From positions 104,410,001 to 104,474,000 of the forward strand of contig NC_086097.1 in assembly GCF_963921235.1 (NCBI RefSeq): 64,000 bases of DNA, given 5' to 3'. Positions 1 to 15,500 of the stretch are shown here, one piece after another. The notes beneath the pieces are model-generated. The model was not told where the DNA came from, did no database searches, and worked only from the letters and a program-made list of their open reading frames with translations. This DNA is from Mobula hypostoma. Lineage: Eukaryota. Numbering within the stretch: the first letter of the stretch is position 1; the number at the start of each line of letters is the position of its first letter. The translations under genes were made by a program, and so were the position numbers.

Positions 1-304
1 TAGATTAATAATCAGCAATATTTACAGCATGTAACTATTAGTAATTACACTATCTAAGACAGCACCCCAATATCTTAGCCCCGTCCCTCCCTCTTCCCCA
101 TACATCACTCAGTACCTCCAGATACCCTTACTAAGCTCCATACATCAACCCCACATTTCCCTCCCGTTGTGTCATGGTGCTCAGTGAGAGCTGATTGGAT
201 CACTGTTCAGGAACAATTCCCCAGGGTGTGGGCCACCAGGACAGGACAATCTTCCCCAGTGTGGGGTTCAGTGTGCTTGCCCTAGACCGCCTGTCCCAGT
301 TTAC

Positions 305-413
305 CTGGTCCATCGCACGTGCGCTCGGTTGTCAGACACCACACAGGAAAGCTCGGCGCGTCCTCCCAAGGTCACATCCAAATTCCGTGGAGGCTCAGTA
401 ATCTCCAGTTCAC
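305..413 (-). CDS. papln: Papilin coding exon (N-terminal half of the last Ig-like domain), 109 nt, phase 1 to phase 2
   Basis: Minus strand reads CTCTGTCTTGGTCAG|GT GAA CTG GAG ATT...CGA TGG ACC AG|GTAAAC, translating to (G)ELEITEPPRNLDVTLGGRAELSCVVSDNRAHVRWT(R). Ig first Cys and Trp are present. It resembles the recalled human papilin segment GELTISGLPPTVTVPEGDTARLLCVVAGESVNIRWSR. Phase fits the exon at 30877-30750. Confidence 0.9.
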
Positions 414-433
414 CTGACCAAGACAGAGGTTGT

Positions 434-440
434 GTTAGTA
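434..440 (-). promoter_or_regulatory. Perfect TACTAAC branch-point sequence
   Basis: Plus gttagta at 434-440 is TACTAAC on the minus strand. The branch A is ~22 nt upstream of the acceptor, followed by CAACCTCTGTCTTGGTCAG. Confidence 0.75.
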
Positions 441-552
441 CCTCTGGAACCGCAGTTCAGAACCCCAACCACCCCTGCTCATCCACAGGAAAGAATACAC
501 GCTGGTGTGCCCAGCAGCTTAAAGGCTGGTGGCAGATGGAACAGGAACACCG

Positions 553-3500
553 GCAGCAGCAGGAATGGGAACGGCAGAGCGATGAATTCCATCGCCGGAA
601 CAGCGACAGCAATGGGAACGGCAGTGCGATGAGTTCCATCGCCGGAACAGCGACAGGAATGGGAACGGCAGTGCGATTAGCTCCATCACTGGAACAACGA
701 GAGGGAGGAATGGGAACGGCAGTGCGATGAGTTCCATCGCCGGAACAGCGACAGGAATGGGAATGGCAGTGTGATGAGCTCCATCGCTGGAACAGCGAGA
801 GGGGGGAATCGGAACGGTAGTGCGACGAGATCCATCGCCAGAACAGCGACAGGAATGGGAACGTCAGTGCGATGAGCTCCATCGCCGGAACAGCGACAGG
901 AATGGGAACAGCAGTGCGATTAGCTCCATCACTGGAACAGCGACAGGAATGGGAACGGCAGTGCGATGAGTTCCATCGCCAGAACAGCGACAGGAATGGG
1001 AACGGCAGTGCGATGAATTCCATCGCCGGAACAGCAACAGGAATGGGAACAGCAGTGCGATGTGCTCCATCGCCGGAACAACGACAGGAATGGGAACGGC
1101 AGTGCAATCAGCTCCATCGCCGGAACAGTGACAGCGGGGAATGGGAACGGCAGTGCGACGAGTTCCATCGCTGGAACAGCGACAGGGGTAATGGGAACGG
1201 GAGTGCGATGTGTTCCATCGCCGGAACAGAGATAAGAAGGAATGGAAACGGCAGTGCGACGAATTCCATCGCCGGAACAGCGATAGGAGGGAATGGGATC
1301 GGCAGTGCGATGAGTTCCATCGCCGGAACAGCAACAGGAATGGGAACGGCAGTGCGATGAGCTCCATCGCCGGAACAGCAACAGGAATGGGAACAGCAGT
1401 GCGATGTGCTCCATCGCCGGAACGACGACAGGAATGGGAACGGCAGTGCAATCAGCTCCATCGCCGGAACAGTGACAGCGGGGAATGGGAACGGCAGTGC
1501 GACGAGTTCCATCGCTGGAACAGCGACAGGGGTAATGGGAACGGGAGTGCGATGTGTTCCATCGCCGGAACAGAGATAAGAAGGAATGGAAACGGCAGTG
1601 CGACGAATTCCATCGCCGGAACAGCGATAGGAGGGAATGGGATCGGCAGTGCGATGAGTTCCATCGCCGGAACAGCGACAGGAATGTGAATGGCAGTGCG
1701 ATGAGTTCCATCGCCGGAACAGCGACAGGAATGGGAACGGCAGTGCGATGAGTTCCATCGCCGGAACAGCGACAGGAATGGGAACGGCAGCGCGACGAGT
1801 TCCATCGCCGGAACAGCGATAGGAGGGAATGGGATCGGCACTGCGATGAGTTCCATCGCCGGAACAGCGACAGGAATGTGAATGGCAGTGCGATGAGTTC
1901 CATCGCCGGAACAGCGACAGGAATGTGAATGGCAGTGCGATGAGTTCCATCGCCGGAACAGCAACAGGAATGGGAACGGCAGTGCGATGAGTTCCATCGC
2001 CGGAACAGCGACAGGAATGGGAATGGCAGTGTGATGAGTTCCATTGCCGGAACAGCGACGGGGGGAATGGGAACGGCAGTGCGATGAGTTCCATCGCCGG
2101 AACATCGACAGGGGGGAATGGGAACGGCAGTGCGATGAGCTCCATCACCGGAACACCGACAGCAATGGGAACGGCAGTGCGATGAACTCCATCGCCGGAA
2201 CACTGACAGGAATGGGAACGGCAGTGCGATGAGTTCCATGGCCGGAACAGCGACAGGAATGGGAACGGCAGTGCCATGAGCTCTTTCGCCGGAACAGTGA
2301 CAGGATTGGAAACGGCAGTGAACGAGTTCCATCGCCGGAATAGCAACAGGAATGGGAACGGCAGTGCGACGAGTTCCATCGCAGGAGCAGCGACAGGAAT
2401 GGGAACAGCAGTGCGATGAGCACCATCGCCGGAACAGTGACAGGGGGAATGGGAACGGCATTGCGATGAGTTCCATCGCCGGAACAGTGACAGGGGGAAT
2501 GGGAACGGCAGTGCGACGAGTTCCATCGCCGGAACAGCGACAGGGGTAATGGGAACGGGAGTGCGATGTGTTCCATCGCCGAAACAGCGATAGGAGGCAA
2601 TGGGAACGGCAGTGCGACGAGTTCCATCGCCGGAACAGCGATAACAGGGAATGGGAATGGCAGTGCGACGAGTTCCATCGCCGGAACAGCGACAGAGTGG
2701 GGAATGGGAACGGCAGTGCGACGAGTTCCATCGCCGGAACAGCGACAGAGTGGGGAATGGGAACGGCAGTGCGATAAGCCCATCGCTGGAACAGCGACAG
2801 GAATGGGAACAGCAGTGCGATCAGCTCCATCGCCGGAACAGTGACAGTGGGGAATGGAAATGGCAGTGCGATGAGCTCCATCGCCAGAACAGCGACAGGA
2901 ATGGGAATGACAGTGCAATGAGCTCCAATGCTGGAACAGCGACAGGAATGGGAACGGCAGCGCGACGAGTTCCATCGCCGGAACAGCGATAGGAAGGAAT
3001 GGGAACGGCAGTGCGATGAGCTCCATCCCAGGAACAGTGACAGGAATGGGAATGGCAGTGCAATGAGCTCCAATGCCGGAACAGCGACAGGAATGGGAAC
3101 GGCAGCGCGACGAGTTCCATCGCCAGAACAGCGATAGGAGGGAATGGGATCGGCACTGCGATGAGTTCCATCGCCGGAACAGCGACAGGAATGTGAATGG
3201 CAGTGCGATGAGCTCCATCCCCGGAACAGCGACAGGAATGGGAACAGCAGTGCGATGAGCTCCATTTCCGGAACAGCGACGGGGGGAATGGTAACGGCAG
3301 TGCGATGAGCTCCATCGTTGGAACAGCGACAGGGGGAATGGGAACGGCAGAGCGACGAGCTCCATCGCCGGAACAGCGACAGGGGTAATGGGAACGGCAG
3401 TGCGATGAGTTCCATCCCGGGAACAGCGACAGGAATGGGAACGGCAGTGCGATGAGCTCCATCCCGGGAACAGCGACAGGAATGGGAACGGCAGTGCGAT

Positions 3501-6500
3501 GAGCTCCATCGCCAAAACAGCGATAGGAGGCAATGGGAACGGCAGTGCGATGAGCTCCATCGCCGGAACAGCGACGGGGGGAATGTGAACGGTAGTGCGA
3601 TGAGGTCCATCGCCAGAACAGCGACTGGAATGGGAACGGCAGTGTGACGAGTTCCATCGCCGGAACAACAACAGGGAATGGGAACGGCAGTGCGACGTTT
3701 TCCATCACCGGAACAGCGATAGGAGGGAATGGGAACGGCAGTGCGATGAGATCCATCCCCGGAACAGCGACAGGAATGGTAATGGCAGTGCGATGAGTTC
3801 CATCGCCGGAACAGCGACGGGGGAATGGGAACGGCAGTGCGACGAGTTCCATCGCCGGAACAGCGATAGGAGGGAATGGGAACGGCAGTGCGACAAGTTC
3901 CATCGCCGGAACAGCGACAGGAATGGGAACGGCAGTGCAATCAGCTCCATCGCCGGAACAGTGACAGCGGCGAATGGGAACGGCCGTGCAATAAGTTCGA
4001 TTGCCGGAACACCGACAGGAATGGGAACGGCAGTGCGATGAGCTCCATCCCCGGAACAGCGACAGGAATGGGAACAGCAGTGCGATGAGCTCCATTTCCG
4101 GAACAGCGACGGGGGGAATGGTAACGGCAGTGCGATGAGCTCCATCGTTGGAACAGCGACAGGGGGAATGGGAACGGCAGTGCGACGAGTTCCATCGCCG
4201 GAACAGCGATAGAAGGGAATGGGAACGGCAGTGCGACGAGTTCCATCGCCGGAACAGCGATAAGAGGGAATGGGATCGGCAGTGCGATGAGTTCCATCGC
4301 CGGAACAGCAACAGGAATGGGAATGGCAGTGTGATGAGTTCCATTGCCGGAACAGCGACGGGGGGAATGGGAACGGCAGTGTGATGAGCTCCATCACCGG
4401 AACACCGACAGGAATGGGAACGGCAGTGCGATGAGTTCCATCGCCGGAACAGCGACAGGAATGGGAATGGCAGTGTGATGAGTACCATTGCCGGAACAGC
4501 GACGGGGGGAATGGGAACGGCAGTGCGATGAGTTCCATCGCCAGAACATCGACAGGGGGGAATGGGAACGGCAGTGCGATGAGCTCCATCACCGGAACAC
4601 CGACAGGAATGGGAACGGCAGTGCGATGAACTCCATCGCCGGAACACTGACAGGAATGGGAACGGCAGTGCGATGAGTTCCATGGCCGGAACAGCGACAG
4701 GAATGGGAACGGCAGTGCGATCAGCTCCATCACCGGAACAGTGACAGTGGGGAATGGGAACGGCAGAGCGACGAGCTCCATCGCCGGAACAGCAACAGGA
4801 ATGGGAACGGCAGTGCGACGAGTTCCATCGCCGGAACAGCGACAGGAATGGGAATGGCAGTGTGATGAGTTCCATTGCCGGAACAGCGACGGGGGGAATG
4901 GGAACGGCAGTGCGATGAGTTCCATCGCCGGAACATCGACAGGGGGGAATGGGAACGGCAGTGCGATGAGCTCCATCACCGGAACACCGACAGGAATGGG
5001 AACGGCAGTGCGATGAGCTCCATCCCCGGAACAGCGACAGGAATGGGAACAACAGTGCGATGAGCTCCATTTCCGGAACAGCGACGGGGGGAATGGTAAC
5101 GGCAGTGCGATGAGCTCCATCGTTGGAACAGCGACAGGGGGAATGGGAACGGCAGTGCGACGAGTTCCATCGCCGGAACAGCGATAGAAGGGAATGGGAA
5201 CGGCAGTGCGACGAGTTCCATCGCCGGAACAGCGATAAGAGGGAATGGGATCGGCAGTGCGATGAGTTCCATCGCCGGAACAGCAACAGGAATGGGAATG
5301 GCAGTGTGATGAGTTCCATTGCCGGAACAGCGACGGGGGGAATGGGAACGGCAGTGTGATGAGCTCCATCACCGGAACACCGACAGGAATGGGAACGGCA
5401 GTGCGATGAGTTCCATCGCCGGAACAGCGACAGGAATGGGAATGGCAGTGTGATGAGTACCATTGCCGGAACAGCGACGGGGGGAATGGGAACGGCAGTG
5501 CGATGAGTTCCATCGCCAGAACATCGACAGGGGGGAATGGGAACGGCAGTGCGATGAGCTCCATCACCGGAACACCGACAGGAATGGGAACGGCAGTGCG
5601 ATGAACTCCATCGCCGGAACACTGACAGGAATGGGAACGGCAGTGCGATGAGTTCCATGGCCGGAACAGCGACAGGAATGGGAACGGCAGTGCGATCAGC
5701 TCCATCACCGGAACAGTGACAGTGGGGAATGGGAACGGCAGAGCGACGAGCTCCATCGCCGGAACAGCAACAGGAATGGGAACGGCAGTGCGACGAGTTC
5801 CATCGCCGGAACAGCGACAGGAATGGGAATGGCAGTGTGATGAGTTCCAGTGCCGGAACAGCGACGGGGGGAATGGGAACGGCAGTGCGATGAGTTCCAT
5901 CGCCGGAACATCGACAGGGGGGAATGGGAACGGCAGTGCGATGAGCTCCATCACCGGAACACCGACAGGAATGGGAACGGCAGTGCGATGAACTCCATCG
6001 CCGGAACACTGACAGGAATGGGAACGGCAGTGCGATGAGTTCCATGGCCGGAACAGCGACAGGAATGGGAATGGCAGTGTGATCAGCTCCATCGCTGGAA
6101 CAGTGACAGTGGGGAATGGGAACGGCAGAGCGACGAGCTCCATCGCCGGAACAGCAACAGGAATGGGAACGGCAGTGCGACGAGTTCCATCGCCGGAACA
6201 GCGACAGGAATGGGAATGGCAGTGTGATGAGTTCCATTGCCGGAACAGCGACGGGGGGAATGGGAACGGCAGTGCGATGAGTTCCATCGCCGGAACATCG
6301 ACAGGGGGGAATGGGAACAGCAGTGCGATGAGCTCCATCACCGGAACACCGACAGGAATGGGAACGGCAGTGCGATGAGTTCCATCCCGGGAACAGCGAC
6401 AGGAATGGGAACGGCAGTGCGATTAGCTCCATCACTGGAACAACGAGAGGGAGGAATGGGAACGGCAGTGCGATGAGTTCCATCGCCGGAACAGCGACAG

Positions 6501-9500
6501 GAATGGGAATGGCAGTGTGATGAGCTCCATCGCTGGAACAGCGAGAGGGGGGAATCGGAACGGTAGTGCGACGAGATCCATCGCCGGAACAGCGACAGGA
6601 ATGGGAACGTCAGTGCGATGAGCTCCATCGCCGGAACAGCGACAGGAATGGGAACAGCAGTGCGATTAGCTCCATCACTGGAACAGCGACAGGAATGGGA
6701 ACGGCAGTGCGATGAGTTCCATCGCCAGAACAGCGACAGGAATGGGAACGGCAGTGCGATGAATTCCATCGCCGGAACAGCGACAGAGGGGAATGGGAAC
6801 GGCAGTGCGATGAGCTCCATCGCCGGAACAGCAACAGGAATGGGAACAGCAGTGCGATGTGCTCCATCGCCGGAACAACGACAGGAATGGGAACGGCAGT
6901 GCAATCAGCTCCATCGCCGGAACAGTGACAGCGGGGAATGGGAACGGCAGTGCGACGAGTTCCATCGCTGGAACAGCGACAGGGGTAATGGGAACGGGAG
7001 TGCGATGTGTTCCATCGCCGGAACAGAGATAAGAAGGAATGGAAACGGCAGTGCGACGAGTTCCATCGCCGGAACAGCGATAGGAGGGAATGGGATCGGC
7101 AGTGCGATGAGTTCCATCGCCGGAACAGCGACAGGAATGTGAATGGCAGTGCGATGAGTTCCATCGCCGGAACAGCGACAGGAATGGGAACGGCAGTGCG
7201 ATGAGTTCCATCGCCGGAACAGCGACAGGAATGGGAACGGCAGCGCGACGAGTTCCATCGCCGGAACAGCGATAGGAGGGAATGGGATCGGCACTGCGAT
7301 GAGTTCCATCGCCGGAACAGCGACAGGAATGTGAATGGCAGTGCGATGAGTTCCATCGCCGGAACAGCGACAGGAATGTGAATGGCAGTGCGATGAGTTC
7401 CATCGCCGGAACAGCAACAGGAATGGGAACGGCAGTGCGATGAGTTCCATCGCCGGAACAGCGACAGGAATGGGAATGGCAGTGTGATGAGTTCCATTGC
7501 CGGAACAGCGACGGGGGGAATGGGAACGGCAGTGCGATGAGTTCCATCGCCGGAACATCGACAGGGGGGAATGGGAACGGCAGTGCGATGAGCTCCATCA
7601 CCGGAACACCGACAGGAATGGGAACGGCAGTGCGATGAACTCCATCGCCGGAACACTGACAGGAATGGGAACGGCAGTGCGATGAGTTCCATGGCCGGAA
7701 CAGCGACAGGAATGGGAACGGCAGTGTGATCAGCTCCATCGCCGGAACAGTGACAGTGGGGAATGGGAACGGAAGAGCGACGAGCTCCATCGCCGGAACA
7801 GCAACAGGAATGGGAACGGCAGTGCGACGAGTTCCATCGCCGGAACAGCGATAGGAGGGAATGGGATCGGCACTGCGATGAGTTCCATCGCCGGAACAGC
7901 GACAGGAATGTGAATGGCAGTGCGATGAGTTCCATCGCCGGAACAGCGACAGGAATGTGAATGGCAGTGCGATGAGTTCCATCGCCGGAACAGCAACAGG
8001 AATGGGAACGGCAGTGCGATGAGTTCCATCGCCGGAACAGCGACAGGAATGGGAATGGCAGTGTGATGAGTTCCATTGCCGGAACAGCGACGGGGGGAAT
8101 GGGAACGGCAGTGCGATGAGTTCTATCGCCGGAACATCGACAGGGGGGAATGGGAACGGCAGTGCGATGAGCTCCATCACCGGAACACCGACAGGAATGG
8201 GAACGGCAGTGCGATGAACTCCATCGCCGGAACACTGACAGGAATGGGAACGGCAGTGCGATGAGTTCCATGGCCGGAACAGCGACAGGAATGGGAACGG
8301 CAGTGCGATCAGCTCCATCGCCGGAACAGTGACAGTGGGGAATGGGAACGGCAGAGCGACGAGCTCCATCGCCGGAACAGCAACAGGAATGGGAACGGCA
8401 GTGCGACGAGTTCCATCGCCGGAACAGCGACAGGAATGGGAATGGCAGTGTGATGAGTTCCACTGCCGGAACAGCGACGGGGGAAATGGGAACGGCAGTG
8501 CGATGAGTTCCATCGCCGGAACATCGACGGGGGGAATGGGAACGGCAGTGCGATGAGCTCCATCACCGGAACACCGACAGGAATGGGAATGGCAGTGCGA
8601 TGAACTCCATCGCCGGAACACTGACAGGAATGGGAACGGCAGTGCGATGAGTTCCATGGCCGGAACAGCGACAGGAATGGGAACGGCAGTGCGATCAGCT
8701 CCATCACCGGAACAGTGACAGTGGGGAATGGGAACGGCAGAGCGACGAGCTCCATCGCCGGAACAGCAACAGGAATGGGAACGGCAGTGCGACGAGTTCC
8801 ATCGCCGGAACAGCGACAGGAATGGGAACGGCAGTGCGACGAGTTCCATCGCTGGAACAGCGACAGGGGTAATGGGAACGGCAGTGCGATGAGTTCCATC
8901 CCGGGAACAGCGACAGGAATGGGAACGGCAGTGCGATGAGCTCTATCCCGGGAACAGCGACAGGAATGGGAACGGCAGTGCGATGAGCTCCATCGCCGGA
9001 ACAGTGACAGTGGGGAATGGAAATGGTAGAGCGACGAGCTCCATTGCCAGAACAGCGACAGAAATGGGAATGGCAGTGCGACGAGTTCCATCGCTGGAAC
9101 AACGACATAGGGGAATGGGAACTGCAGTGCGATGAGTTCAATCGCTGGAACAGCGACAGGGGTAATGGGAACGGGAGTGTGACGAGATCCATCACCGGAA
9201 CAGCGATAGGAGGGAATGGAAACGGCAGTGCGATGAGTTCCATGGCCGGAACAGCGACAGGAATGGGAACGGCAGTGCGATCAGCTCCATCACCGGAACA
9301 GTGACAGTGGGGAATGGGAACGGCAGAGCGACGAGCTCCATCGCCGGAACAGCAACAGGAATGGGAACGGCAGTGCGACGAGTTCCATCGCCGGAACAGC
9401 GACAGGAATGGGAATGGCAGTGTGATGAGTTCCATTGCCGGAACAGCGACGGGGGGAATGGGAACGGCAGTGCGATGAGTTCCATCGCCGGAACATCGAC

Positions 9501-12500
9501 AGGGGGGAATGGGAACGGCAGTGCGATGAGCTCCATCACCGGAACACCGACAGGAATGGGAACGGCAGTGCGATGAACTCCATCGCCGGAACACTGACAG
9601 GAATGGGAACGGCAGTGCGATGAGTTCCATGGCCGGAACAGCGACAGGAATGGGAACGGCAGTGTGATCAGCTCCATCGCTGGAACAGTGACAGTGGGGA
9701 ATGGGAACGGCAGAGCGACGAGCTCCATCGCCGGAACAGCAACAGGAATGGGAACGGCAGTGCGACGAGTTCCATCGCCGGAACAGCGACAGGAATGGGA
9801 ATGGCAGTGTGATGAGTTCCATTGCCGGAACAGCGACGGGGGGAATGGGAACGGCAGTGCGATGAGTTCCATCGCCGGAACATCGACAGGGGGGAATGGG
9901 AACAGCAGTGCGATGAGCTCCATCACCGGAACACCGACAGGAATGGGAACGGCAGTGCGATGAGTTCCATACCGGGAACAGCGACAGGAATGGGAACGGC
10001 AGTGCGATTAGCTCCATCACTGGAACAACGAGAGGGAGGAATGGGAACGGCAGTGCGATGAGTTCCATCGCCGGAACAGCGACAGGAATGGGAATGGCAG
10101 TGTGATGAGCTCCATCGCTGGAACAGCGAGAGGGGGGAATCGGAACGGTAGTGCGACGAGATCCATCGCCGGAACAGCGACAGGAATGGGAACGTCAGTG
10201 CGATGAGCTCCATCGCCGGAACAGCGACAGGAATGGGAACAGCAGTGCGATTAGCTCCATCACTGGAACAGCGACAGGAATGGGAACGGCAGTGCGATGA
10301 GTTCCATCGCCAGAACAGCGACAGGAATGGGAACGGCAGTGCGATGAATTCCATCGCCGGAACAGCGACAGAGGGGAATGGGAACGGCAGTGCGATGAGC
10401 TCCATCGCCGGAACAGCAACAGGAATGGGAACAGCAGTGCGATGTGCTCCATCGCCGGAACAACGACAGGAATGGGAACGGCAGTGCAATCAGCTCCATC
10501 GCCGGAACAGTGACAGCGGGGAATGGGAACGGCAGTGCGACGAGTTCCATCGCTGGAACAGCGACAGGGGTAATGGGAACGGGAGTGCGATGTGTTCCAT
10601 CGCCGGAACAGAGATAAGAAGGAATGGAAACGGCAGTGCGACGAATTCCATCGCCGGAACAGCGATAGGAGGGAATGGGATCGGCAGTGCGACGAATTCC
10701 ATCGCTGGAACAGTGACAGTGGGGAATGGGAACGGCAGAGCGACGAGCTCCATCGCCGGAACAGCAACAGGAATGGGAACGGCAGTGCGACGAGTTCCAT
10801 CGCCGGAACAGCGACAGGAATGGGAATGGCAGTGTGATGAGTTCCATTGCCGGAACAGCGACGGGGGGAATGGGAACGGCAGTGCGATGAGTTCCATCGC
10901 CGGAACATCGACAGGGGGGAATGGGAACAGCAGTGCGATGAGCTCCATCACCGGAACACCGACAGGAATGGGAACGGCAGTGCGATGAGTTCCATACCGG
11001 GAACAGCGACAGGAATGGGAACGGCAGTGCGATTAGCTCCATCACTGGAACAACGAGAGGGAGGAATGGAAACGGCAGTGCGATGAGTTCCATCGCCGGA
11101 ACAGCGACAGGAATGGGAATGGCAGTGTGATGAGCTCCATCGCTGGAACAGCGAGAGGGGGGAATCGGAACGGTAGTGCGACGAGATCCATCGCCGGAAC
11201 AGCGACAGGAATGGGAACGTCAGTGCGATGAGCTCCATCGCCGGAACAGCGACAGGAATGGGAACAGCAGTGCGATTAGCTCCATCACTGGAACAGCGAC
11301 AGGAATGGGAACGGCAGTGCGACGAGTTCCATCGCCGGAACAGCGATAGGAGGGAATGGGATCGGCACTGCGATGAGTTCCATCGCCGGAACAGCGACAG
11401 GAATGTGAATGGCAGTGCGATGAGTTCCATCGCCGTAACAGCGACAGGAATGTGAATGGCAGTGCGATGAGTTCCATCGCCGGAACAGCAACAGGAATGG
11501 GAACGGCAGTGCGATGAGTTCCATCGCCGGAACAGCGACAGGAATGGGAATGGCAGTGTGATGAGTTCCATTGCCGGAACAGCGACGGGGGGAATGGGAA
11601 CGGCAGTGCGATGAGTTCCATCGCCGGAACATCGACAGGGGGGAATGGGAACGGCAGTGCGATGAGCTCCATCACCGGAACACCGACAGGAATGGGAACG
11701 GCAGTGCGATGAACTCCATCGCCGGAACACTGACAGGAATGGGAACGGCAGTGCGATGAGTTCCATGGCCGGAACAGCGACAGGAATGGGAACGGCAGTG
11801 TGATCAGCTCCATCGCCGGAACAGTGACAGTGGGGAATGGGAACGGCAGAGCGACGAGCTCCATCGCCGGAACAGCAACAGGAATGGGAACGGCAGTGCG
11901 ACGAGTTCCATCGCCGGAACAGCGATAGGAGGGAATGGGATCGGCACTGCGATGAGTTCCATCGCCGGAACAGCGACAGGAATGTGAATGGCAGTGCGAT
12001 GAGTTCCATCGCCGGAACAGCGACAGGAATGTGAATGGCAGTGCGATGAGTTCCATCGCCGGAACAGCAACAGGAATGGGAACGGCAGTGCGATGAGTTC
12101 CATCGCCGGAACAGCGACAGGAATGGGAATGGCAGTGTGATGAGTTCCATTGCCGGAACAGCGACGGGGGGAATGGGAACGGCAGTGCGATGAGTTCTAT
12201 CGCCGGAACATCGACAGGGGGGAATGGGAACGGCAGTGCGATGAGCTCCATCACCGGAACACCGACAGGAATGGGAACGGCAGTGCGATGAACTCCATCG
12301 CCGGAACACTGACAGGAATGGGAACGGCAGTGCGATGAGTTCCATGGCCGGAACAGCGACAGGAATGGGAACGGCAGTGCGATCAGCTCCATCGCCGGAA
12401 CAGTGACAGTGGGGAATGGGAACGGCAGAGCGACGAGCTCCATCGCCGGAACAGCAACAGGAATGGAAACGGCAGTGCGACGAATTCCATCGCCGGAACA

Positions 12501-15500
12501 GCGATAGGAGGGAATGGGATCGGCAGTGCGATGAGTTCCATCGCCGGAACAGCGACAGGAATGTGAATGGCAGTGCGATGAGTTCCATCGCCGGAACAGC
12601 GACAGGAATGGGAACGGCAGTGCGATGAGTTCCATCGCCGGAACAGCGACAGGAATGGGAACGGCAGCGCGACGAGTTCCATCGCCGGAACAGCGATAGG
12701 AGGGAATGGGATCGGCACTGCGATGAGTTCCATCGCCGGAACAGCGACAGGAATGTGAATGGCAGTGCGATGAGTTCCATCGCCGGAACAGCGACAGGAA
12801 TGTGAATGGCAGTGCGATGAGTTCCATCGCCGGAACAGCAACAGGAATGGGAACGGCAGTGCGATGAGTTCCATCGCCGGAACAGCGACAGGAATGGGAA
12901 TGGCAGTGTGATGAGTTCCATTGCCGGAACAGCGACGGGGGGAATGGGAACGGCAGTGCGATGAGTTCCATCGCCGGAACATCGACAGGGGGGAATGGGA
13001 ACGGCAGTGCGATGAGCTCCATCACCGGAACACCGACAGGAATGGGAACGGCAGTGCGATGAACTCCATCGCCGGAACACTGACAGGAATGGGAACGGCA
13101 GTGCGATGAGTTCCATGGCCGGAACAGCGACAGGAATGGGAACGGCAGTGCGATCAGCTCCATCGCCGGAACAGTGACAGTGGGGAATGGGAACGGCAGA
13201 GCGACGAGCTCCATCGCCGGAACAGCAACAGGAATGGGAACGGCAGTGCGACGAGTTCCATCGCCGGAACAGCGATAGGAGGGAATGGGATCGGCACTGC
13301 GATGAGTTCCATCGCCGGAACAGCGACAGGAATGTGAATGGCAGTGCGATGAGTTCCATCGCCGGAACAGCGACAGGAATGTGAATGGCAGTGCGATGAG
13401 TTCCATCGCCGGAACAGCAACAGGAATGGGAACGGCAGTGCGATGAGTTCCATCGCCGGAACAGCGACAGGAATGGGAATGGCAGTGTGATGAGTTCCAC
13501 TGCCGGAACAGCGACGGGGGAAATGGGAACGGCAGTGCGATGAGTTCCATCGCCGGAACATCGACGGGGGGAATGGGAACGGCAGTGCGATGAGCTCCAT
13601 CACCGGAACACCGACAGGAATGGGAATGGCAGTGCGATGAACTCCATCGCCGGAACACTGACAGGAATGGGAACGGCAGTGCGATGAGTTCCATGGCCGG
13701 AACAGCGACAGGAATGGGAACGGCAGTGCGATCAGCTCCATCACCGGAACAGTGACAGTGGGGAATGGGAACGGCAGAGCGACGAGCTCCATCGCCGGAA
13801 CAGCAACAGGAATGGGAACGGCAGTGCGACGAGTTCCATCGCCGGAACAGCGACAGGAATGGGAACGGCAGTGCGACGAGTTCCATCGCTGGAACAGCGA
13901 CAGGGGTAATGGGAACGGCAGTGCGATGAGTTCCATCCCGGGAACAGCGACAGGAATGGGAACGGCAGTGCGATGAGCTCTATCCGGGGAACAGCGACAG
14001 GAATGGGAACGGCAGTGCGATGAGCTCCATCGCCGGAACAGTGACAGTGGGGAATGGAAATGGTAGAGCGACGAGCTCCATTGCCAGAACAGCGACAGAA
14101 ATGGGAATGGCAGTGCGACGAGTTCCATCGCTGGAACAACGACATAGGGGAATGGGAACTGCAGTGCGATGAGTTCAATCGCTGGAACAGCGACAGGGGT
14201 AATGGGAACGGGAGTGTGACGAGATCCATCACCGGAACAGCGATAGGAGGGAATGGAAACGGCAGTGCGATGAGTTCCATGGCCGGAACAGCGACAGGAA
14301 TGGGAACGGCAGTGCGATCAGCTCCATCACCGGAACAGTGACAGTGGGGAATGGGAACGGCAGAGCGACGAGCTCCATCGCCGGAACAGCAACAGGAATG
14401 GGAACGGCAGTGCGACGAGTTCCATCGCCGGAACAGCGACAGGAATGGGAATGGCAGTGTGATGAGTTCCATTGCCGGAACAGCGACGGGGGGAATGGGA
14501 ACGGCAGTGCGATGAGTTCCATCGCCGGAACATCGACAGGGGGGAATGGGAACAGCAGTGCGATGAGCTCCATCACCGGAACACCGACAGGAATGGGAAC
14601 GGCAGTGCGATGAGTTCCATCCCGGGAACAGCGACAGGAATGGGAACGGCAGTGCGATTAGCTCCATCACTGGAACAACGAGAGGGAGGAATGGGAACGG
14701 CAGTGCGATGAGTTCCATCGCCGGAACAGCGACAGGAATGGGAATGGCAGTGTGATGAGCTCCATCGCTGGAACAGCGAGAGGGGGGAATCGGAACGGTA
14801 GTGCGACGAGATCCATCGCCGGAACAGCGACAGGAATGGGAACGTCAGTGCGATGAGCTCCATCGCCGGAACAGCGACAGGAATGGGAACAGCAGTGCGA
14901 TTAGCTCCATCACTGGAACAGCGACAGGAATGGGAACGGCAGTGCGATGAGTTCCATCGCCAGAACAGCGACAGGAATGGGAATGGCAGTGCGATGAATT
15001 CCATCGCCAGAACAGCGACAGAGGGGAATGGGAACGGCAGTGCGATGAGCTCCATCGCCGGAACAGCAACAGGAATGGGAACAGCAGTGCGATGTGCTCC
15101 ATCGCCGGAACAACGACAGGAATGGGAACGGCAGTGCAATCAGCTCCATCGCCGGAACAGTGACAGCGGGGAATGGGAACGGCAGTGCGACGAGTTCCAT
15201 CGCTGGAACAGCGACAGGGGTAATGGGAACGGGAGTGCGATGTGTTCCATCGCCGGAACAGAGATAAGAAGGAATGGAAACGGCAGTGCGACGAATTCCA
15301 TCGCCGGAACAGCGATAGGAGGGAATGGGATCGGCAGTGCGATGAGTTCCATCGCCGGAACAGCGACAGGAATGTGAATGGCAGTGCGATGAGTTCCATC
15401 GCCGGAACAGCGACAGGAATGGGAACGGCAGTGCGATGAGTTCCATCGCCGGAACAGCGACAGGAATGGGAACGGCAGCGCGACGAGTTCCATCGCCGGA

